A stretch of 64,000 nucleotides of DNA, from assembly GCF_001194135.2 (NCBI RefSeq), contig NC_068990.1:64048884-64112883 (forward strand), in the 5' to 3' direction. This stretch comes from Octopus bimaculoides. Taxonomy: Eukaryota. Positions 12,575 through 24,938 of this stretch are shown piece after piece. The notes beneath the pieces are model-generated. The model was not told the DNA's origin. It searched no databases and saw only the letters and a list, made by a program, of their open reading frames with translations. The translations under genes and the position numbers were made by a program. Every line of letters begins with the position of its first letter. The stretch's first letter is position 1.

Positions 12575-12820
12575 ATGCATGTCTTAGTGGTTAGGGTGTT
12601 AGACTCATGATCGTAAAATTGTGGTTTCAATTCCTGGACCAGGTGACACGTTGTGTTCTTGAGCAAAACACTTCATTTCATGTTGCTCCAGTCCATACAG
12701 CTGGCAAAAATGAGTAATCATGTGATGACCAGTGTCCCATCCAGATAGTAAATATATACACCATGGAAACCAGAAAACTGGCTCTGTGAGTCAATATCAC
12801 TCAAGAAGTTCCCTTGTTTC
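12575..12820 (+). mobile_element. tRNA-derived CORE-like SINE, family B, tail type 1
   Basis: tRNA-like head (TTAGTGGTTAGGG...GTTTCAATTCC), then GTTGTGTTCTTGAGCAAAACACTT...TTGCTCCAGT...AAAATGAGT. Confidence 0.75.
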
Positions 12821-13714
12821 TATAATGATAATGAACTTTGATGGTGATGATAATTTGATTTGCATGTTGTTGCTTTCAACATTTTCCATCTCTAACTAGC
12901 CTTCTCCTTCAAAGATGGGGAATACTTCTGTTCTGAACAACTGCCAAGTCTCTTCTAAATTCAAATGAAACCCACGATGGCATAATGCAAAGCACTGTTC
13001 CATTGTGGTTGTTCAATGGAATGCACACAATGGAATACTGATGCTTTTACATTTAAGGAGCTGACAATGACAAAGTTGAAGAAGAAGTGTGAAACAGCCA
13101 CCAAGCATCTTCTAGCCATCAGTGGAACTATTTCATTATGTGACCAGATACTAGTCAAGTGATTAACTGTGGAACTTTACATCTACTTGACAATCAAAGA
13201 AACAAATTGTGTCCTAAATTAGATTCAAAAGCAAAACTATCTGTCTCACTGGCGGGCAAGGATTCACCAACAAACACACTCCTTTTCTAGTGCACACACA
13301 AGCCATTTCTTTGCTTTGTTGCTCTATCTTTTCTACCATTGCAATAGCAATTTGACCTTATCTGAACTAGCTATTTCCAACCATCTCCACCTGATATACA
13401 CATTTCTCCTCCTCTTATCACCTTTGCTGAATTCTTCCCATTCCTAGTCCTTCACTAATCACTTCACCCAATCCTTCCTTCACAAAATGTCAATCCACTG
13501 GAATTCTTTTGTTGTTGAAGTTTTTTTCCCTACAAGTATTAACTCGCATATTTTCAAGCAGATTATCAACCACATCAATCCAACTAGCCTCAAGGGGTCA
13601 AGGAAAGGATATATCTCTGTGCCTCAGTGGGTCAGATGCACAGGAATAGATCCTACCTTCTAAATAAAACTATATAAAAATGATATTTTCATTTAATGTA
13701 TATAGGTATTCAAT

Positions 13715-13935
13715 ACTTTTGATACCAAACTGCTTGAGACAATACTGGTTGCACATTACAAAACCCCTTCTTTTAGAGAGTTCACATTGAAATTCCAATA
13801 TTCTATGTAAGAACCATTTACTAAATTACATTATATTCTGTACCATAGCTTCATATACCAATAAATGAAGAAGGTTGTCAGCTTACTAAATTCCAGTAAA
13901 ATATTTCATCTGAAATACAGCTACAAAAGGTTAAT
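13715..13935. mobile_element. piggyBac-like MITE (degenerate)
   Basis: Start resembles the TTAACCCTTTCGATACC end at 21893; ends AAAAGGTTAA. Confidence 0.5.
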
Positions 13936-14399
13936 GGAATATTACTCTTCTCCCATTGGTCTGGAAATAGACCAATCCCATTTCACAGTCAAGTAATTAA
14001 GAATAAGAAGACCTTATATATATAGTGAAGGATTTGACAAAACAACACGTTTGGTGTGAATTTCTGTTTCTCATAAGGAAAACCTTTTGTGAAGACTTTT
14101 CTAATACTGCAATAGGTTTACGAAGAAGATTATTTGAGCTGTATCCAAAATCATGAGAGATACCAGCTTTTCAGACTGGTAAGAACTTCCACCAAAGACC
14201 ATTTCAAATTCAGACAACCTTCCATGATAACTGATCACTACTGTGAATGCCATGTTCAATGAAAACTGTTGCCTGGCAGCAAAATTTCCAAAGAAGACAC
14301 TCATTGTGAATGCCATGTAGTATGAAAACTGTTGCCTAACTGTAAAATGTCCAAAGAAGGAGACACCCATTAAAGTTTTGTGTCATGTGATTTTAAAAT

Positions 14400-14935
14400 A
14401 AAAGAAATCAAAAGTGCATTATATTGCTGTGAAATTTGTACTACGTCTACTGACAGATGAACATCAAGAGAACTGAGTCACAAGTACTCAGGGCTTATTT
14501 GATTTTCTACAGAAATGAGTGCCATTACTGATGAGGAAATGGTGTATGAATATGATGTCGAAACAAAAAGACAGTCATCGAGCTAGTTCATCTTTGATGC
14601 TGTGCATAGGGTAAAAAATAGCATCTCAGACTCATTCAGATGAAAAGACAATGCTGATTGCTTTCTTTTCTTTTTTTTTTTTTTTATGACAGGCAGGGTT
14701 TCATTCATCATGGGTTTGATTCATGTGATAAAACTAGCAATAAAGGGCAATGCAGCAGTGAAAGGAAGAGCTATTTAGGCAAAGTAGTGAAAAGACATGA
14801 ACAAAAAAAATCTAGATGCTGCATCATGACAATGCACCTACTCACACATCACTTCTTGTCTATGACATTTTGACAAAGTACTGGATAACTCTCATCATCC
14901 AGCTGCCTTACTCTCTAGATATCATCCCTGTACAC
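14400..14935 (+). mobile_element. Degenerate mariner transposase fragment
   Basis: Broken-frame motifs like ITxDExWVYEYDVETKRQS and HDNAPTHTSLLVYDILTKYWITLIIQLPYSLDI. Confidence 0.75.
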
Positions 14936-14939
14936 ACAA

Positions 14940-14971
<32 letters not shown>

Positions 14972-15161
14972 GCTCACTGATATATGTATATGCCAGTCTT
15001 GAAGCAGTTTCTGTGAAATTCATTCACAAGACATTGAATGATTCAAGGTTATTGTCAAAAGTACTTGCCCAAGATCTCTGCACACTGGAATTGAACCAGA
15101 AATGATGAGGCTGAGAAGTGAATTTCCCAACTGCACACCTATGCCTGCACCTATATATATG

Positions 15162-15195
<34 letters not shown>

Positions 15196-15260
15196 TCTTA
15201 TGCATTCATTACATAGTAATGATTTGAACCAGCTAACCTTTGATTATTCAATCATTTCAG

Positions 15261-15448
15261 TCCGCAAGTTATCCAAACCTCCACATCTAATTATGAGGAT
15301 AATGGACTGCGCGTTGCTTCTTTTCCAACGGAAAGTTGAACCAATAACAATGGATCCTGAACGGAGCTGTCCAAAACCTTCTTGGATTGAAGCCCAGAAA
15401 TTAATGAGTTCAGGCCAGTTCTTACAAGGGTTACTGACTTTTCCAAAG
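15261..15448 (+). CDS. DNAH5/8: Dynein heavy chain exon 7: microtubule-binding domain
   Basis: tcag|TCCGCAAG...CCAAAG|gtaatg; (V)[24 protein letters not shown]...[10 protein letters not shown]. Confidence 0.95.
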
Positions 15449-16476
15449 GTAATGATCATTTTTTTCTCCAGTTTCTTTCCCATTTATTTTCTCCATTTTC
15501 TCTTCTTCCATCACTTTTTTCTTTTGAGAAACATAATATGTTATTAAGTATGTAAATAAATAAACAAACCACTTCTGTTGACACTGTCTGCTGATTTTGA
15601 TTGGACCAACAGAGGGTTTAAATGTCACCTAAGTAAATACATCTTATAGATATTGATTGGATATAATCTGAAGATGTCAATGAAGTACATGGGGGTCAGA
15701 TGTTTATGTTGTTGATGTTAAAACTCAAGTGAACAACTCTGATTGAGCCAACCTATCATCAAAGGAGATCATATTGTGTTTTATTCATACATGTACCTCC
15801 AACCTCAACCCCACTTATTTTTCTTTTATCTCATTTTAAAGAGATTTACTTTCAATTCTGATAGGTCCAGCAACCCAGTAATGGTTTGGTTGTTGGCTTG
15901 TATCAACCTGAGAAATATGGACAATAGATGTTAATCAGACAGGCCATGTGATTTTGACATGATAAAGAGACATAGCTTTTATATGGTCACGTGTTGCTCT
16001 TGTATATAAACTAGACTGTGTTCACATTCACTATACCATTTTCAAGTATAAATTAAAATTAATTCAAAACCAAATAAAATAAACTCAAAGCAAATTAAGA
16101 TAATTTTAAAACTGATTAAAGTCTCAAAGCACATTAAATCTTTCCCTTAGGTTTTGCATAAGTGTCTGTTATTTAATTTGTTTCAAGATTATTTTAATTT
16201 GTTTTGAAATTATATAAATTTCCTTTCAATCTTTTAAGTGTGTTCTAATTTGTATTTGAAAAGATGCAGGTAGCGTTAAGATAGATAACATGGTCTAAAT
16301 AGATATTAAAACTGATGGAAAATACTTTTACTGATATTATGTAAACTTAGACATTTGCTATACACACTGTAATAGTTGTAGTAGTGGGAGCGGTGGGGGC
16401 AGGAGCGGCAACAGAAGCAGCAGTGGCAACAGAAGGGGTTATAGTAATGATAAACTTTACTGATTTCTTCTTGCAG

Positions 16477-16644
16477 GACACAATCAATTCTGAAACGGTG
16501 GAATTCTTACAGACTTACTTAAACATGGAAGATTACAATTTGGAAACTGCAAAGAAAGTCTGTGGTGATGTTGCTGGGTTGCTGTCTTGGACTTGTGCCA
16601 TGGCCACATTCTTTGGAATAAACAAAGAAGTTTTGCCACTGAAG
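16477..16644 (+). CDS. DNAH5/8: Dynein heavy chain exon 8: microtubule-binding domain into CC2
   Basis: gcag|GACACA...CTGAAG|gtaatt; [56 protein letters not shown]. Confidence 0.95.
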
Positions 16645-16914
16645 GTAATTAGATGGTCACAAATATTGAGAGGGATACCTTGCTGTCATCATTTCTGTTG
16701 TAGTAATTGTCAACACGGTCATCAGTGTCATCATCATCCTCGGTTTTATGAGGTTTTTCCATGCTGGCATGGGTTGGCTGAGACTTCTTGAGGCAGTATT
16801 CTAGAGCTAGATGCCATTCTTGATGTCACACTTTCTTGTTTCATATTTTTGCATCTTGAACCACCTTGCTACAGGTCATATTCTTTGTTTGTTTATGTAG
16901 GACATATACATGTG

Positions 16915-17230
16915 AAGGCACATAGCTCAGTGGTTAGAGTGTCAGGCTCACAATCAAGAGGTAGTGAGTTCAATTCCCGGACCAGGCTGTGTGTTGTGTT
17001 CTGGAGCAAAACACATTTTTTCATGTTGCTCCAGTTCACTCAGCTGTAGAAATGAGTTGCAACGTCACTGGTACCAACCTGTATCGGCCTCTGCCTTTCC
17101 TTTGGCCAACATCGGTGGCATAGAGAGGGAAGGCTGGTATGCATGGGCAACTACAGGTCTCCCATAAACAACCTTGTCCAGACTTATGCCTCGGAAGGTA
17201 ACTTTCTAGGTGCAATCCCATGGACTGAAG
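16915..17230 (+). mobile_element. tRNA-derived CORE-like SINE, family B, tail type 2
   Basis: GGCACATAGCTCAGTGGTTAGAG...GAGTTCAATTCC head, CORE-like block, tail shared with the copy at 27250-27570. Confidence 0.85.
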
Positions 17231-17364
17231 TAGGTTTTTAATCTTTTTAAGGCATATACACCCTTTCAAACAAACACACACACGAGTACATATACATATA
17301 TTCATATTACTATTGTCTCTGTTTGACCAGTGTATTGTGAGTAAAATTTGATACTTAGCAACTG

Positions 17365-17416
<52 letters not shown>

Positions 17417-17678
17417 CACATATATATATACACACACACACACACATACATATATAAATACAGTTACTAAGTATCAAATTTCAGTCACAGAGCATAGGTC
17501 AGAATGAGGCTGTGGCATTACATGCATGCATACATACATACATACATATACATACACACACACACACACATATATATATATATGTATGTATGTATGTGTG
17601 TATATATATCTATATATATATATATGTATGTATATATGTATATATGTGTATATATGTATGTATATATGTGTATATATA

Positions 17679-18278
17679 NNNNNNNNNNNNNNNNNNNNNN
17701 NNNNNNNNNNNNNNNNNNNNNNNNNNNNNNNNNNNNNNNNNNNNNNNNNNNNNNNNNNNNNNNNNNNNNNNNNNNNNNNNNNNNNNNNNNNNNNNNNNNN
17801 NNNNNNNNNNNNNNNNNNNNNNNNNNNNNNNNNNNNNNNNNNNNNNNNNNNNNNNNNNNNNNNNNNNNNNNNNNNNNNNNNNNNNNNNNNNNNNNNNNNN
17901 NNNNNNNNNNNNNNNNNNNNNNNNNNNNNNNNNNNNNNNNNNNNNNNNNNNNNNNNNNNNNNNNNNNNNNNNNNNNNNNNNNNNNNNNNNNNNNNNNNNN
18001 NNNNNNNNNNNNNNNNNNNNNNNNNNNNNNNNNNNNNNNNNNNNNNNNNNNNNNNNNNNNNNNNNNNNNNNNNNNNNNNNNNNNNNNNNNNNNNNNNNNN
18101 NNNNNNNNNNNNNNNNNNNNNNNNNNNNNNNNNNNNNNNNNNNNNNNNNNNNNNNNNNNNNNNNNNNNNNNNNNNNNNNNNNNNNNNNNNNNNNNNNNNN
18201 NNNNNNNNNNNNNNNNNNNNNNNNNNNNNNNNNNNNNNNNNNNNNNNNNNNNNNNNNNNNNNNNNNNNNNNNNNNNNN
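17679..18278. other. Assembly gap (N run); others at 9432-9531, 46276-46734, 56668-56818, 62430-62734
   Basis: N runs, several next to (TA)-rich microsatellites. Confidence 0.99.
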
Positions 18279-18299
18279 ATATATATATATATATATATA

Positions 18300-19158
18300 C
18301 ATCATCATCATCATTTAATGTCCATTTTTCATGCTGGCATCATTTGGACAGTTCGACTGGGGTCTGGGAAGCCAGAAGGCTGCACCAGGCCCCAATCTGA
18401 TCTGGCAGTGTTTCTACAGCTGGATGACCTTCCTAACACCAACCATTCTGAGAATGTAGTGGGCGNNNNNNNNNNGCAGTGTTTCTACAGCTGGATGACC
18501 TTCCTAACACCAACCATTCTGAGAATGTAGTGGGTGCTTTTTACGTGCCACTGGCACAGGGGCCAGAGTAGGCTGGCATCGACCACGACCAAATGGTGCT
18601 TTATACACGTCTCTGGCACAGAAGTCAGTCAAAGCAGCACTGGCATCGGCCATGTTCGGACAGTGCTTTTTACGTACCTCTGGCACGGAGCTCACAACTA
18701 CAATTTCCATTTGATTTGATTTTGATATTGCCATTGATATTGATGTACTTGACTCAATAGGTCTCCTCAAGCACAGCATGTCACCCTATGATCCAAGGTA
18801 CTTTTGAGTTGGCTGGTTATGCAACACTGGTGTGGGTTACAGCTGTGGACTCACTTTATTTGCTGGGTCTTCTCATTGTTCGAAGGTTATGCTTCCCTAC
18901 CTCAACCCATGTCTTTCTGGGTCTCCCTCTACCCTGGATTTCTTCCACTGTTTGGGAGTGGCACTTCTTCACACAGATCTCCTCATCCATCCGCAGTACA
19001 TAACCATACCAATGCAAACATCTCTCTTGCATGCCACATTCGATGCTTCTTATGTCTAACATTTCTCTCAGGGTGCTTAGACTTTGTTGTGCGTGCACAC
19101 TGACATTACACATCCAGTGGATCATGGTAGCATCATTTCTTTCAAGCCTATGCATGAT
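18300..19158 (-). mobile_element. RTE LINE 3' part, same family as 46850-48769
   Basis: HRLERNDATMIHWMCNVS...LHWYGYVLRMDE...GRGRPRKTW; 3'UTR stem-loop repeats; (GAT)n tail. Confidence 0.88.
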
Positions 19159-19354
19159 ACATACATATATATATGTGTGTGTGTGTGTGTGTGTATGCAT
19201 ATATGTATATATATGTACATACATACATATATATACATATATATGAAAGGTTTGAAAATGTTATTGTTGTTGTCAAAGTTAGGAGTGGTGTGTGTTTGAT
19301 GTTTTGTGATTTGTTGTTGGTGAAGTGTGTGAGTTATAGTTATTTTTCTAAAAT

Positions 19355-20075
19355 ATGGGTTGCTACCAAGTATTGTAAGAGATGACCTGGACCTACTAAA
19401 TCATCTCTCCAAACATACCAATAAAGACATTTTCATTGACTCCTTTGATGTAATAAACCTTTACACTATGATCCCACATCAATATGGACTGGAAGCCATT
19501 AAATTCTGGCTAGAAAAATACCCCAATGAGGTCCCGGAAAGAATAGAAAAGAATTTATCATTGAGGACCTTAAGTTTATTCTCCAAAACAACTTTTTGAA
19601 TTTTAATAATAATACCTACAGACAGGTATCAGAGACTGCAATTGGTACTAAAGTTGCCCCTGCTTATGCAAACCTGGTAATGACCGACCTAGAATTACAA
19701 ATTTATGAAGAATCCAAATCAAAATATAGCCTGTTTTCCACAAATACCTGTTGGAGAATTGGAAACGCTACTTGGATGATTGCCTCATCCTATGGTCCCA
19801 CACACTTGACCAACTCAATGATTTCAAAAACTTAGTCAACAGTGTCAACAACCATATCCAATTCACAATGGCATATAGTCAAGGCCAACTTCCTTTTCTT
19901 GACATTCTTATTATAAGAAAAGGTACCTACATTGAAACTGATATCCACTACAAACCAACTGATTCCAAACAGTGCCTTCTGTTTACCTCCAATCACCCAA
20001 AGCACATGAAGATAAACATCCCCTTCAACCTAGCGAGAAAAATCTGTACAATTGTCTCAAGTTATAGAACATGAA
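19355..20075 (+). mobile_element. Penelope-like element reverse transcriptase (frameshifted pseudogene)
   Basis: SFDVINLYTMIPH, GTKVAPAYANL, WKRYLDD, IQFTM...LPFLDI, YKPTDS...SNHPKH, IPFNLARKI over three frames. Confidence 0.9.
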
Positions 20076-20569
20076 ATAAAAGGCTAAACATTTTTAAAAT
20101 TGCATTTTCAAGCCTTCTTTCATATATATTTCCACTTGTGCAGTACCTTGCAACTTTACTTCTTGATATATATAGGATAAATAAATAATTAGATATAATA
20201 AATAAAGTGATTTGTAAAATGTAAGCCATGTGGGGGGGGGGGGAATGAAGATTTCTGAAACAATAGTGAAACCTTGAATTCATAGAGGAGGGAAGTGGGA
20301 AGTTGTGACATTCATATGTTTCCTGAAAGCACATAAGACAAGCTTTTAATTATGGATCATAAACCTGTTTTAGTTGCCAGAGGAGAAAATAAAATTATTG
20401 AAAACAATATCAAACATTACAATTCACAGCTGAAATAATGGCATAGACTATTGATTTCTTCTCTCAGCACATGGCCAGAAATCTGAGGAAGGGAACAGTC
20501 GGTTATATCGATCACAGTGCATAATTGGTACTTTATTTCAATGACCTAGGAAGAGAGAAAGGCAAAGAG

Positions 20570-21030
20570 ACCTGGTTAAGATCACCAGCTCTTTGTAGAG
20601 CCTCTCATGTTGGGAACTGATCAAAGGGCTAATATGGACCACCTCTTTCCAGAGTTTAAAATGGATTTGTGTAGAGCTAGCAGCCCTACCTCAAAAAAGA
20701 GAAAAATTACAGAAGCACCAATGATAATTTAAATCCAACAAGACCTAGGAGAAGAAGGCCTTCTTTTTGAGATACATATGATGTGATGCAGTGAAATCCA
20801 AAAGGAAACCAGCATCCTGCATTATTTGTCAGGTCCTGACTTAGAACCCACAAGAGAGGGCAGAAGTGGGAATGCCTTAAGAATAGCTGGAGGCAGGATA
20901 CTGACTGAAGGAGAGCTAAAGAAGAAGGGATCCAACTGGAGAGAAGTAGAAAAGCAGCATAGATTTGAGAAAATTGAAGAAAGGTCATTGATGATTTCTT
21001 CTCTGTAGGGCATGAAGGGTTTCATTAAGT
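20570..21030 (+). mobile_element. Old RTE-type LINE 3' end
   Basis: Degenerate EGR(K)xGxP...W...ELKKKGSNWREVEK-type C-terminus. Confidence 0.55.
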
Positions 21031-21555
21031 AAATAGCTTGTATTGCTGGGGAACAGTTCTCTATTTAAGCAGTAGAGGGGCTATGTAATTGCTGAGTATA
21101 TTGTTGATTTACTGTCCTGAGTTAAAATCTTCCCACAAGCCGCTATGAGAAACTAAAGAAACTATGATAAACTAAATCTAAGGAAATTCCTTTTAATCAT
21201 ATTTTTGAAATGAAATGCCATGAAAAACTTGCTGCAAAAGACCCTTACAGAGTTCCAACAACTGAATGAGGAACAGGACATTTATCTTTTAATGTAATCA
21301 TAAAAGGAGGAGAGATGCAAGAAATAGACTTCAAAAGCATGAAAATTCTATTTGTAAAAGATTTATTTAAAAATACTTTAATGCTGTAAGCTCTCAGACC
21401 ACTTGCTATTTCTAATTTATCATCTAATCTAGAAAAAGAAACTGATAGATAAACCTGAACTTAAGACCATTGAAAAAAGTTGATAAACAAATCTATCTTA
21501 AGGTAATTAAAAAATGTATCCTTTCATGTTTTATAATTTTCTTTCTTTATTTCAG

Positions 21556-21693
21556 GCAAATCTTGCCTCACAAGCTGGACGCCTGGAGGTTGCTAATTCT
21601 GACCTGGCATCAGCTCAGGCACAACTTGATGATAAGCAGCAAGAACTTGACAAAGTCCAAGCAATGTATGATGCTGCCATGAGAGAAAAACAG
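21556..21693 (+). CDS. DNAH5/8: Dynein heavy chain exon 9: stalk CC2
   Basis: tcag|GCAAAT...AAACAG|gtaaga; ANLASQAGRLEVANSDLASAQAQLDDKQQELDKVQAMYDAAMREKQ. Confidence 0.94.
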
Positions 21694-21892
21694 GTAAGAA
21701 AAGTGACAAACAACTGACAGGGTTTTAGTTTTCTTTGTTGTTAACCAACACATCAAACCTTTGTGGTCTCACTGCTTTGCTGGTTAGTAAAATTAAGATT
21801 GACTTAATTCACATTATCATTTCTTTCACAGGTATGAGTGTTTTTTAATGGTGATATAGAGGTAAAATCAATGGTTTAGTGCTACTCAACTT

Positions 21893-22200
21893 TAACCCTT
21901 TCGATACCAGCCTGGCTGAAATTGCCTCTGGCTCTGAAGTACAAATGTCTTGTTTAAAAAAAAAAGTCTTGGCTCTCCTCTATCACATCAAATTTCCTGA
22001 AAGGACCAGATACATCAGATGAATAAGTTTAAATTCATTTCATATTCTCAATATGGTACCCCATGAAGGGTGTAAATTCTCATATATGTATCTGACACAT
22101 TGTAAAATCTGTGGGTGTTTTGTTAACACCCAACAACAACAGCCCATAAATTAAATAAATATACATATGTTTTGAGCTGGTATTTTTGAAGTTGACTAAT
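21893..22200. mobile_element. piggyBac-like MITE
   Basis: Begins TTAA|CCCTTTCGATACC; right end not clear. Confidence 0.45.
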
Positions 22201-22314
22201 CTTATCAGACACTATGAAACCTAATTTCATAGTGTCAATAGAGTAAATCAACTATTATTTAGACAGAAAGTGACATTATTTTACCTGAAAATCTCTGTTT
22301 AAATTGTCAATTAG

Positions 22315-22572
22315 ATCCTCCGAGAGGATGCTGAAGCTTGTCGTCGCAAAATGTCAAATGCAACAACATTGATTGAGGGCCTAGCTGGAGAACGTTTACG
22401 TTGGACAGAGGCAAGCAAAAGCTTTCAAGAACAGATCAAGAAACTCGTCGGTGATGTATTACTGGCAACTGGATTCTTATCATACTCAGGTCCTTTCAAC
22501 CAAGAATTTAGAAACCGAATGATAAAGATCTGGAAAAATGAAATGTCACAAGCAAATATACCTTTTACAGAA
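22315..22572 (+). CDS. DNAH5/8: Dynein heavy chain exon 10
   Basis: ttag|ATCCTC...ACAGAA|gtaaga; [30 protein letters not shown]...[23 protein letters not shown]...IPFTE. Confidence 0.95.
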
Positions 22573-22589
22573 GTAAGAAATACTTTTCT

Positions 22590-22987
22590 TCTTTCACTTT
22601 TACTTTTTCAGTCATTTGACTGCGGTTATGCTGGAGCACTGCCTTGTAGAATTTTTAGTTGAACAAATCAACCCCATGACTTATTTTTTAAGTCCTAGTA
22701 CTTATTCTATCAGTCTCTATTGCTGAACTGCTAAGTTACAGGGACATAGACACACTGGTTGTCAGGCAATGTTGGGGTGACAGATTGACACACCACACAC
22801 ACACACGCATACAAAACACATAATATATGACGGACTTCTTTCAGTTTCCATCTACCAAATCCACTCACAAGGTTTTGATCAGCTCAAGATTATAGTAGAA
22901 GACACTTGCCCAAAATGCCACACGGTGGGACTGAATCTGGAACCATGTGGCTGGGAAGCAAGCTTCTAACCACACAGCCACACCTGT
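22590..22987 (-). mobile_element. tRNA-derived CORE-like SINE, family C (internal (CA)n microsatellite)
   Basis: Reverse complement of the 56410 copy: CAGTTTCCATCTACCAAATCCACTCACAAGG...TAGTAGAAGACACTTGCCCAA. Confidence 0.85.
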
Positions 22988-23699
22988 TTATTTCCTTATT
23001 GTAATTCATAGAAGTCTTATGGGACAAATTGGTTTCTTTAATACTTTACATATACTTGCTTGCCATAAGTGGATGGGTTTGTTTATTTATTTATTTATCT
23101 ATTTCATTTCATTTTTGAGATTCAAATATTTGCAATGAATTGTTGCATAACTATTTTTACTACTAAATATATTACTCTACCAAACATGAACCACTCAGCT
23201 ATGAAGTGAAACGAATATATTTATTTTATTCTTTGTAGACAGAAACGTCTGAAGCAAGAAGAGTAATATACCATGCTAGATGAGATTATACAATGCTTTA
23301 GCAAGGTTTAAAAACATTACTTTGTAGGAAAATAGGTAGCAGTAAAACTTCACAGTTATTTTGTTGTATTTCATAAAATTTTTTCAGATGTATGCAATGT
23401 TTGGACTGGCCTTAAATTCATTTGTTTTAAGAATGTTTTATCAGTTCAATACTCCAGTAGGTCATATTAAACTTTGTATAGATGGGAAACTGAAATTTCG
23501 ACATTTCAAAACTACATATATCTTGATGTATGTTTACTTTGCAAAATATTTCTGTAGCTTTCATTACAAGCCTGTCACCTCAAAAGATTTGTCATTACAT
23601 CAACCAACACTTCACCATGCAGTCCACAATGTATTTAACCAGAACATGTGCCACACAAACCCCAGTTCTACAGTTCTATGGAATAGCCAAGAATTACAT

Positions 23700-23735
<36 letters not shown>

Positions 23736-24384
23736 ATATCCTAAATTGTATTTTAAAGATTACTCAACTGATTAGCATAAAGCCTCTCCCCAATACACTC
23801 CACTTTGTCATTCGTACTTCATTCCATAATGGCTACCTCTGATGAGCACAGGGTTATATAATTGGACTGTTACCTAATACTCCGTTGAATCCTCAATGTG
23901 AAACCGATTGACAAGATCGGCCGTATGGATATATGATACTGTACATTTCAATTAATATGTATATGTATAAGACCAAAAAGAGAATTATACATCTTCAAAA
24001 TTTATTAAATTATTATTCTCATCAAATTCTAATCCAACATGTGGTTCTGCTGGATAAACATCCTAATCTTCTTTGCAGTAGCATTTATGTACATTTAGTC
24101 AATTTAAACTAAATCAGTTGCAGTACATATTTATCCAAGGTAGCCATTCCTATGCAGCTTTGTTCAGGGATTTTCCCCACTGGGGTGGACGAAGCTGACT
24201 TCTTTATGATGTCTTGATGATATACTCTGCATGTCGTGTGGAATCTAATGAAGTTAACTCGGGGTTTATCTATTGAGTGAAATACTTTGTAATTGTTTAT
24301 CTTAAACAGTTCTGTATGCTCCCTACCCCAAATTTACTGGCCTTGTGCCAAAATTTGAAACCAATATTGATAAAGACTGAGTCT

Positions 24385-24715
24385 TCATACAGTTAAAGAA
24401 GACAAGATTGGTATAAATCTATTGAAGGAAGTTATCTGGGGGTTTCTGTTCATAGAGTCAGTACAGATATGATGACATGGTGTGAGGTGTCTTGGATGCA
24501 TGTGGATGTTGCCTGTATGTGGAAAGTTAATAATGAATGAGGGGTGTATAATCTGCAGTGGTTGTTGTTGGTTGTTGATATATAGTTGCAAGAATGTGGA
24601 GAATGAAATTAAACCCTGCAGCACACCACATTTGATAGAGTGTATGTCCACAGCATAAACTGCAGTAAACTGGTAAATCAGTCATAAAATCTGTCTTAAG
24701 AGATCTGTACATAGA
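24385..24715 (-). mobile_element. Highly degenerate LINE RT fragment
   Basis: CGVLQG...F...LQLYIN resembles the RT GVPQGSxLSPxLFxLYIN motif. Confidence 0.45.
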
Positions 24716-24743
24716 CTAAAGTCTTTGTTGTCTTTTCAATAAG

Positions 24744-24938
24744 GATCTCAACATAGTTGCAATGTTAGCTGAGAATTCAACCATCACAGAGTGGAATCTT
24801 CAAGGTCTTCCTAATGATGAACTCTCCATCCAAAATGGACTGATTGTCAATGAAGCAGCTCGTTACCCTCTACTAATTGATCCACAAGGTCAAGGGAAGA
24901 GCTGGATAAAGAATCGAGAAAAGGCTAACGAATTACAG
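24744..24938 (+). CDS. DNAH5/8: Dynein heavy chain exon 11: start of AAA5
   Basis: taag|GATCTC...TTACAG|gtgaga; [32 protein letters not shown]...[25 protein letters not shown]. Confidence 0.95.

Noticed and set aside
12575-12660. tRNA-like sequences here and at 16915, 27255, 34790 and 56420
   Set aside because: No complete cloverleaf or acceptor stem; each continues into a SINE body, so they are SINE heads, not tRNA genes.
14525-14570. CTGATGAGG...GTCGAAAC looks like a hammerhead core
   Set aside because: It falls within mariner transposase coding sequence (ITxDExWVYEYDVETK), and stems II and III do not pair.
17504-18530. Long ORFs of 230-330 aa here and at 46135-47140, 56508-57037 and 62323-62848
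   Set aside because: They are made of N gaps and (TA)/(CA) microsatellites.
18405-18540. About 60-bp direct repeat
   Set aside because: The two copies sit either side of a short N gap, typical of unmerged overlapping contig ends.
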